This document shows positions 55,330 through 62,123 of a stretch of 64,000 nucleotides of DNA, in pieces. Made by a program: the position numbers and the translations under genes. The notes under the pieces were generated by a model that worked only from the letters and a program-made list of their open reading frames with translations, was not told the origin of the DNA and searched no databases. Numbering within the stretch: position 1 is the stretch's first letter; every line of letters starts with the position of its first letter. Origin of the DNA: Candidatus Margulisiibacteriota bacterium. GTDB taxonomy: Bacteria; Margulisbacteria; WOR-1; O2-12-FULL-45-9. The DNA lies in assembly GCA_034723395.1 (NCBI GenBank), contig JAYEOW010000004.1:35279-99278 (forward strand), written 5' to 3'.

Positions 55330-56313
55330 TTAAATTATTATTACCTCTCCCTTCCCCTTCCCAACTTCTCCGATAATAAAAGCCTTCTCTCTCTTCTTTG
55401 CCAGCGCCTTCATCACCTTATCCGCATCTTTCTTATCAACGATAAGGACCATCCCTATCCCCATATTAAAAGTCTTATACATTTCATCTTGATCGATCTT
55501 TCCCAACCGTTTGATCATCCTGAAAATAGTTGGAATTTGCCAGGCATTAATATCGATCACCGCCTGGACTTTTTTATGCAGGAGCCGGGCCACATTCTCT
55601 GGAAGGCCGCCCCCGGTTATATGGGCAATCCCTTTTATCTTATAGCGCCTGGTCAAGTCTAATACTGTCTGCACATAGATCTTGGTCGGGGTCATCAACT
55701 CTACGCCCAAAGGTCTCTCCAGGTCTTCGTTTACCTCTTTGAGCTTCAATCTTGCTTCCTCCAACAATACTTTTCTTGCAAGGGTATATCCATTGCTGTG
55801 CAGGCCGGACGAGGCTAAACCGATAATCTTATCTCCATCCTTAATGCTGGTCCCTTTAATGATCTTTTTTTTCTCAACCATTCCAACCGCGAATCCGGCT
55901 AGATCATATTCGTTTTCCTGATACATATCAGAAAGCTCGGCTGTCTCTCCCCCCAAAAGATCACAATTCGCCTGCTTGCAGCCGGCAACTACCCCTTTAA
56001 TGATTTTTTCGATTTTCGGCGCATGGATCTTTTGGGCCCCGATATAATCGAGAAAGAAAAGCGGTTTTGCTCCGGTCGCAACCACATCATTAACGTTCAT
56101 CGCGACCAGGTCGATCCCTACCGTATCATGTTTATCCATGGCAAAGGCAATCTTAAGCTTGGTCCCCACCCCGTCTGCCGCCCCCACCAACATATTTTTA
56201 CCCATAGGATAGAAACCGCCAAAAAAACCTATCCCTTTGGCAACCTTCTTAATCCGGCGGACAACCTCCTGGCCGGCTTCAACGTCCACCCCTGCCTGCT
56301 TATAAGTGATCAT
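55330..56313 (-). CDS. purM: phosphoribosylformylglycinamidine cyclo-ligase (AIR synthetase)
   Basis: 327 aa; YKQAGVDV, DGVGTK, GGETAE. Confidence 0.95.
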   Translation of the reverse strand: MITYKQAGVDVEAGQEVVRRIKKVAKGIGFFGGFYPMGKNMLVGAADGVGTKLKIAFAMDKHDTVGIDLVAMNVNDVVATGAKPLFFLDYIGAQKIHAPKIEKIIKGVVAGCKQANCDLLGGETAELSDMYQENEYDLAGFAVGMVEKKKIIKGTSIKDGDKIIGLASSGLHSNGYTLARKVLLEEARLKLKEVNEDLERPLGVELMTPTKIYVQTVLDLTRRYKIKGIAHITGGGLPENVARLLHKKVQAVIDINAWQIPTIFRMIKRLGKIDQDEMYKTFNMGIGMVLIVDKKDADKVMKALAKKREKAFIIGEVGKGKGEVIII

Positions 56314-56338
56314 ATTTACTCAACTCCTATTCGCTATA

Positions 56339-56536
56339 CTATCTTGCGGCATCGGGCGTGGCTGTGCCGTAATAAACATCTCCACCGCGAAGCACTACAA
56401 AAAATCGGCATTCCCTATTTGTACAAGCCCAGGCCTTATAACGAATTGAAACCGAATTATTGGAAAAATCCGATAATGGGATCAATTCTCCCTTGTCACA
56501 TTGCTGACATTTTGGATAACTGTTACTCTCTCCCAC
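56339..56536 (-). CDS. small zinc-ribbon-like hypothetical protein inside the pur operon
   Basis: CQQC...CTNRECR. I prefer the second in-frame GTG (56536), 8 nt after GGGAGG, because the first GTG (56545) abuts the SD. Confidence 0.45.
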   Translation of the reverse strand: MGESNSYPKCQQCDKGELIPLSDFSNNSVSIRYKAWACTNRECRFFVVLRGGDVYYGTATPDAAR

Positions 56537-56551
56537 GAAATTCACCTCCCT

Positions 56552-56591
56552 GCCCCGAGCGAGTCCGCCGAAGGCGGACGAGTCGAGGGGC
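56552..56591 (-). other. GC-rich imperfect hairpin (about 15 bp) between the purF stop and the SD of the zinc-ribbon ORF
   Basis: Inner stem GTCCGCC gaa GGCGGAC (56563-56579). Outer stem GCCCC/GGGGC (56552-56556 with 56587-56591). No U-run follows. Confidence 0.55.
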
Positions 56592-56596
56592 CCATT

Positions 56597-57985
56597 CTAT
56601 TTAAAAAATAGTTTCAAGCTTTGCAATCTCTCCGGCACCCGTACCGGATATTCACCGTTCAGACAGGCCAGGCATAGATTTCCCGCCGGCAAGCTTATCG
56701 ATCTAATCAAATTATTAATACTTAAGTATCCAAGTGAATCAGCTTCCAGATATTTACGTATCCCATCGATCGATAAGTTAGCCGCAATAAGTTCGGCTTT
56801 AGTCGCGGTATCGATCCCGTAAAAACACGGATTAAGATTGGGCGGAGAAGAGACCCGCATGTGGATCTCCCGCGCTCCCGCCTCGCGCACCAATCGAACG
56901 ATCTGCCGTGAAGTCGTTCCCCGGATGATCGAATCATCAATGATCACGACCTTTTTCCCGCGGACCGCATCCCGGATAGGATTTAATTTTAACTTGACCC
57001 CCAAGTCGCGGATCTCCTGGTTGGGCTGGATAAAAGTCCTGCCGACATAACGGTTTTTGATCAGCCCTTCGCCAAAAGTAATCTTTGACTCGGCTGAAAA
57101 CCCGATCGCCGCCGGTACCCCGGATTCAGGGACAGGAATAACCACATCCGCTTCGACCGGGTGCTCTTTTGCCAGGTATTTTCCCATCTGGAATCTTGAT
57201 TCATAAACACCGCGCCTGTGGAGGACACTGTCCGGGCGGGCAAAATAGATATACTCAAAAACACAGATCGCCTCCCTATCCCCCATTTCCCATGTTTTCG
57301 ATCGGATCCCATCCTTGTCGATCGCCACGATCTCTCCGTTGGATACATCCCGGACAAATTGCGCTCCGATAATATCGAGGGCGCACGTTTCGGATGAAAC
57401 AACATATCCGGAACCAAATTTACCGATCGAAAGCGGCCGGATCCCATTTGGATCGCGGACCGCCAACAGCTTATCCTTGGTCATCAAGAGGAGGGAAAAC
57501 GCCCCTTTACAACGTTTTAATGTATCGATCACCGCATCCTCAAACTCTTCCTTTTTTGAGGTTGCGATCATTGACGCGATGACTTCCGAATCAGATGTAC
57601 CTACAAAACTTAATCCTTTATCCTTTAGCTCCTGTCGAAGCAGATTTGAATTGATCAGGTTTCCGTTATGCGCTAAGGCAATTCTCCCATAATGCGTATC
57701 GATCACGATCGGCTGTGCATTTTCAATGATCGAAGATCCGGTAGTGGAATAACGGACATGCCCCATCGCAATCCGTCCCTTCAATCTATTAAGGATCTCC
57801 TCATTAAAAACCTGATTGACCAAGCCCATCCCTTTATGATGCCCGATCTCTTTTCCGTCAGAAACTGCGATCCCCGCCGATTCCTGCCCCCGGTGCTGCA
57901 AGGCAAAAAGGCCATAGTATACTGATTTTGAAGGAGAATCCTCCTTTAAGTTATATATTCCAAATATGCCGCAATGGTCTTTCAT
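56597..57985 (-). CDS. purF: amidophosphoribosyltransferase
   Basis: I start at MKDHCGIFGI (short propeptide before Cys). LQHRGQES, GHVRYSTTG, HNGNLIN, VVIIDDSIIRGTT, and Cys ligands for [4Fe-4S]. Confidence 0.9.
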   Translation of the reverse strand: MKDHCGIFGIYNLKEDSPSKSVYYGLFALQHRGQESAGIAVSDGKEIGHHKGMGLVNQVFNEEILNRLKGRIAMGHVRYSTTGSSIIENAQPIVIDTHYGRIALAHNGNLINSNLLRQELKDKGLSFVGTSDSEVIASMIATSKKEEFEDAVIDTLKRCKGAFSLLLMTKDKLLAVRDPNGIRPLSIGKFGSGYVVSSETCALDIIGAQFVRDVSNGEIVAIDKDGIRSKTWEMGDREAICVFEYIYFARPDSVLHRRGVYESRFQMGKYLAKEHPVEADVVIPVPESGVPAAIGFSAESKITFGEGLIKNRYVGRTFIQPNQEIRDLGVKLKLNPIRDAVRGKKVVIIDDSIIRGTTSRQIVRLVREAGAREIHMRVSSPPNLNPCFYGIDTATKAELIAANLSIDGIRKYLEADSLGYLSINNLIRSISLPAGNLCLACLNGEYPVRVPERLQSLKLFFK

Positions 57986-57986
57986 T

Positions 57987-59294
57987 TTATACCCTATATT
58001 TATCGGTCCAACAGGAGAGACAAAGCTGGTCAAGCGGTTTTCCGCATGCCGGGCCCAGATCTTCAAGCGCGTTATATGCCAGGCTGTCCACTCCGATATA
58101 TTCCCTGATCTCTTCAACCGATTTTTGGTGCGCTATCAGTTCATTCTTCGAACGGGTCGCTACCCCATACTTGCAGGGAGCCTTAAGCGGCGGACAGGCA
58201 ACCCTCGCATGTATCTCTTTTACCCCATTCTTGCGAAGCTTGACCACCAGGTCATTCTTCATCTGGGTCCCGCGGACGATCGAATCGTCGCAGATGACAA
58301 CGCTCCGATTCTCGATCTTGGCCGGAACCGGGATCAACTTTGTTTTCGCTTCCCGGTCACGCTCTTTCTGGGTTGGCTGCGTATAACTTCTGCTGGCATA
58401 ATCGTATTTGATAAAAACATTATCATAGGGGATCTTTGACTCTTGTGAAAAACCGATCGCATGTCCGATCCCCGAATTCGGGACCGCGCCAACGATATCA
58501 ACTTTTGCCGGAAAACGTTTAGCCAGCGCCGCTCCCAGGTTTCTTCTCGCGATATCGACCGGCATACCGTCAATGATTGAAGCCACATTCGCGGTATACA
58601 CCCATTCAAATGTGCAATATTGGATCAGGTCGCTTTCAATAATCTTCCTGGTCATGATCTCCCCTTCTTCGATCTCAATGATCTCTCCCGGCTTTACATC
58701 ACGTAAGATAGAAAATCCGAGGTTTACAAAAGAACACGATTCGGAGGTAACTACTACTGCTCCATCCCTCCTGCCGATCACCATCGGGCGGAAAGCATGC
58801 TTATCGCGGGCGGCAAAGATCTTCCCTTTGGTCAGAATAACCAAAGCGTAAGCGCCTCGGATTTTATTTGCCATCCGCTCTATCCCATTAATAAAATTAT
58901 CGCCCTGCGCGATCAGCTTGGCAATGATCTCAATGTCCGAGTCGGTATAGAAAGAGTGCCCCTCCCTCTTTAAGTCCTCCATTAACTTATCACGGTTAAT
59001 AATATTTCCTTCAAAACAAATCGTAAATTCGCCCATTTTTGAGTCGAGCTTGATCGGCTGGCGGTCCCTTAACGAAGTATGCCCGATCCCGCAAAAACCT
59101 TCCATCCCGCCCAAATCACTGGTAAAGGTTGCCCTGACCGACCCATGATGGGTACGGATCCTGATTCCGTCGCCGGTATAAGTGGAGAGACCACAGTACC
59201 TCTGCCCGCGATGTTGCAAATAAAAGGTCCCCAAAAAAAGATCGTCAATAATATTTTCACTTTTTGAAGCAGAGATCGCAAATATTCCGCACAT
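57987..59294 (-). CDS. divergent PurF-like Ntn-amidotransferase/phosphoribosyltransferase paralog
   Basis: 435 aa; MCGIFA, LQHRGQRY, VVICDDSIVRGTQ and CLSC, but altered glutaminase-site motifs (GHTSLRD, FEGNIIN). Confidence 0.75.
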   Translation of the reverse strand: MCGIFAISASKSENIIDDLFLGTFYLQHRGQRYCGLSTYTGDGIRIRTHHGSVRATFTSDLGGMEGFCGIGHTSLRDRQPIKLDSKMGEFTICFEGNIINRDKLMEDLKREGHSFYTDSDIEIIAKLIAQGDNFINGIERMANKIRGAYALVILTKGKIFAARDKHAFRPMVIGRRDGAVVVTSESCSFVNLGFSILRDVKPGEIIEIEEGEIMTRKIIESDLIQYCTFEWVYTANVASIIDGMPVDIARRNLGAALAKRFPAKVDIVGAVPNSGIGHAIGFSQESKIPYDNVFIKYDYASRSYTQPTQKERDREAKTKLIPVPAKIENRSVVICDDSIVRGTQMKNDLVVKLRKNGVKEIHARVACPPLKAPCKYGVATRSKNELIAHQKSVEEIREYIGVDSLAYNALEDLGPACGKPLDQLCLSCWTDKYRV

Positions 59295-59296
59295 GT

Positions 59297-59713
59297 TTAC
59301 TCTCCCATCACTTGTATTATGACCTCTCGACTGCGAGGCCGGTTATCGTGATCGATCACAATGATCTGCTGCCAAGTTCCCAGAGTCATCTCCCCGCTTA
59401 CGACCGGGACCGTAATCGACGGGCCATAGATCGTCGCCCGCAAATGAGCATATCCATTCGCATCCCCCCAGGTCTCATCATGGTTATATGAAACATTTGA
59501 AGGAACCAATTTTTCATCAATGTTCTTGATATCTTCTACCAGCCCCGGCTCATATTCAACCGTCGAGACCGAAGCAGTCGAGCCGTAAACAAAAACGGTA
59601 GCGATCCCCTCTCTGATCTTAGACTCGGTAACCACCTGCCCTACTTCCCCGGTGATGTTAATCACATGGTCGCGGCCTTTGGTGCTTAACTTGATACGTT
59701 TTGTCTTAACCAA
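59297..59713 (-). CDS. yjbQ: YjbQ/UPF0047-family protein (secondary thiamine-phosphate synthase family)
   Basis: 138 aa; IKLSTKGRDHVINITGEV, TVFVYGSTASV, NGYAHL, GTWQQI. TTG start overlaps the proS end by 28 nt. Confidence 0.8.
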   Translation of the reverse strand: MVKTKRIKLSTKGRDHVINITGEVGQVVTESKIREGIATVFVYGSTASVSTVEYEPGLVEDIKNIDEKLVPSNVSYNHDETWGDANGYAHLRATIYGPSITVPVVSGEMTLGTWQQIIVIDHDNRPRSREVIIQVMGE

Positions 59714-61395
59714 TCTAAAACCTTATCCTTATCCACTAATTGGGTATCGCCGGTCTTGCGTATTTTGATCTCGACTCTACCTTCTTTTAATGCTTTTCCA
59801 ACAATTATCTTGACGGGGATCCCAAATAGGTCGATATCCTTTAGCTTTACCCCCGCCCGCATATCCCGATCATCCAACAATCCCTCATATCCCATCCCGC
59901 AGATCTCTTTATATATCTTTTCCGCTACCTCAAGCTGCCCCTCTTCCGCAACATTCATCGGAATAACCGCAACGCTAAACGGCGACAGCGGAGCCGGCCA
60001 GACGATCCCATCTTTATCATAGCTCTGCTCAACCGCCGCCTGGGCTGTCCTCCCTACTCCGATCCCGTAACAACCCATGATCATCGGCTGCTCTTTGTTC
60101 TTCTCGTCGAGGAAAATACAATTCATCTTTTCCGAATACTTGGCCCCCAATTTAAAAATATGGCCTACCTCAATCCCGCGTTCAACCTCGAACTTACCCC
60201 CGTCGCAGCGGGGACAAACATCTTTACGCGCCGCGAACCGGATATCGCCGACCAGATCGGCTTTATAATCTCTTCCGTATCCGACATTAATAACATGATA
60301 ATCTTTCTTGTTTGCCCCGGTCGCCCCATGCTCGATCAAAGTGACTGCCGTATCAGCGATAATTTTTATCCCTTTCAACCCAACCGGTCCGGCAAATCCC
60401 ATGGGAGCTTTAGTGACTTTCTCGATCACCTTTTCCGAAGCCAACCTTAGATCTTCTGCTCCCAAGATCTTCTTTAACTTCGCCTCATTTAACGCATGGT
60501 CGCCTCGAACTAGAGCAGCAACCGGACCAGACTCGGTCTCGTAGATCAAGGTCTTGATCATCTTGGCGGGTTTGATCTTTAAGAAAACAGCAACTTCTTC
60601 AATCGTTCTAACTCCGGGAGTGTGCGCTTCCTTCGCCTTCGCCTCAGCCTTTACATTGCTCTCCCCCATTTTCCACTTTCCGACTCCCGCCGACTCCCTG
60701 CTCGCCGTATAATCGCATTTATTGCAGTAGAAGATCTCTTCTTCGCCGGTTTCGGCTAATACCATGAATTCCTGGGAATAGCCACCGCCGATCGCGCCCG
60801 ATTCGGCTTCGACTACACGGTAGCGAAGTCCCAAACGATCAAATATTCGACAATAGGTCTCATACATATTCTTATACTCTTTATCGAGATCATCATTTGA
60901 AATATGAAAAGAATAGGCATCTTTCATCATAAATTCGCGGCCGCGCATCAGACCGAAGCGCGGGCGGATCTCATCACGGAATTTGGTCTGGATCTGGTAT
61001 AGATTGACCGGTAATTGTTTGTAGGAGCGGATTGAAGTTCGAGCTAAGTCGGTAATGACCTCTTCGTGGGTGGGGCCAAGGCAGAAATCACGTTTATGAC
61101 GGTCTTGGATCCTAAAGAGCTCTTTGCCATATACGTTCCAGCGGCCGGTCTCCTGCCAGAGCTCAGCTGGCTGCAAAGCAGGCATAAAGACCTCTTGAGC
61201 GCCTGCTTTATTCATTTCCGAGCGGATGACGTTAGTAACTTTTTGTAAAACCTTAAAACCGAGGGGTAAATATGTGTAGATTCCGGCTGCTAAACGACGA
61301 ATAAAACCGCCGCGAAGTAGTAGTTTATGGGATACAATTTCGGCCTCCGAGGGATCCTCCCGCAACGTCGGCGCCACCAAATGGGTCATTCTCAC
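59686..61395 (-). CDS. proS: prolyl-tRNA synthetase (bacterial type with editing insertion)
   Basis: 569 aa; PTLREDPSEAEIVSHKLLLRGGFIRR, FRDEIRPRFGLMRGREF, GCYGIGVGR. Confidence 0.95.
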   Translation of the reverse strand: MRMTHLVAPTLREDPSEAEIVSHKLLLRGGFIRRLAAGIYTYLPLGFKVLQKVTNVIRSEMNKAGAQEVFMPALQPAELWQETGRWNVYGKELFRIQDRHKRDFCLGPTHEEVITDLARTSIRSYKQLPVNLYQIQTKFRDEIRPRFGLMRGREFMMKDAYSFHISNDDLDKEYKNMYETYCRIFDRLGLRYRVVEAESGAIGGGYSQEFMVLAETGEEEIFYCNKCDYTASRESAGVGKWKMGESNVKAEAKAKEAHTPGVRTIEEVAVFLKIKPAKMIKTLIYETESGPVAALVRGDHALNEAKLKKILGAEDLRLASEKVIEKVTKAPMGFAGPVGLKGIKIIADTAVTLIEHGATGANKKDYHVINVGYGRDYKADLVGDIRFAARKDVCPRCDGGKFEVERGIEVGHIFKLGAKYSEKMNCIFLDEKNKEQPMIMGCYGIGVGRTAQAAVEQSYDKDGIVWPAPLSPFSVAVIPMNVAEEGQLEVAEKIYKEICGMGYEGLLDDRDMRAGVKLKDIDLFGIPVKIIVGKALKEGRVEIKIRKTGDTQLVDKDKVLDWLRQNVSS

Positions 61396-62123
61396 CGTGT
61401 CTTCTTCCTCCCCTTTTGCCCTGTACCAGTAGTATTATACCATAATTTTAGGATAGATATCAAGGCTTCAAAAAGTACCCGCGGCTTCGCCCCCGTCTGC
61501 TTCCCCACCTTCCGTGGAAAGTGATCTACCCCAACCTCTTTAATCTTCGAATATCCATTTTTTCGCGCTTTTATCATAATTTCTCCATTAATAATCGCCC
61601 CGTTTGAGACCAGATCGAGCTTAGAAATTATGCTTTTCTTAAATATTTTAAATGCACAGTTTGTATCTCTTAAATTCAGGCCAAAAAGGAGGATCAGCAT
61701 AAAGCGGTACCATAATGCCTCCAAAGATCGAAAGAATGGATCTCTCCGTTTTATCCGATAACCGATTACAAAATCATGATCATTTATATAAGGAAGAAGC
61801 CGATCAATTTCGTTGAGATCGTACTGATTATCTCCGTCGGATTGGAAAATGATCTCATATTTGCATGTGGCCAGGCCAGAACGTAAAGCTGCGCCGTAGC
61901 CTAAATTCTTCTCATGATTAACGACTCTGATCCGATTATCATTCCTGGATAATTCTTCCGCGATCTCTTTTGTCTTATCGGCACTACCATCATTTACCAC
62001 GATTACTTCAAATTCTTCACATTTCTTCTCCAAAACCGCAACCGCGACCGAAACCATTTTTCGGATATTCCCCTCTTCATTGTACATAGGGAAAAAACAG
62101 GAGAACTTCATCGTTTTCTCCAA
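61392..62123 (-). CDS. polyprenyl-phosphate glycosyltransferase (GT2, Dpm1/GtrB/CsbB-like)
   Basis: 243 aa; FFPMYNEEGNI, VVNDGSADKT, QSDGDNQ. Confidence 0.85.
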   Translation of the reverse strand: MEKTMKFSCFFPMYNEEGNIRKMVSVAVAVLEKKCEEFEVIVVNDGSADKTKEIAEELSRNDNRIRVVNHEKNLGYGAALRSGLATCKYEIIFQSDGDNQYDLNEIDRLLPYINDHDFVIGYRIKRRDPFFRSLEALWYRFMLILLFGLNLRDTNCAFKIFKKSIISKLDLVSNGAIINGEIMIKARKNGYSKIKEVGVDHFPRKVGKQTGAKPRVLFEALISILKLWYNTTGTGQKGRKKTR

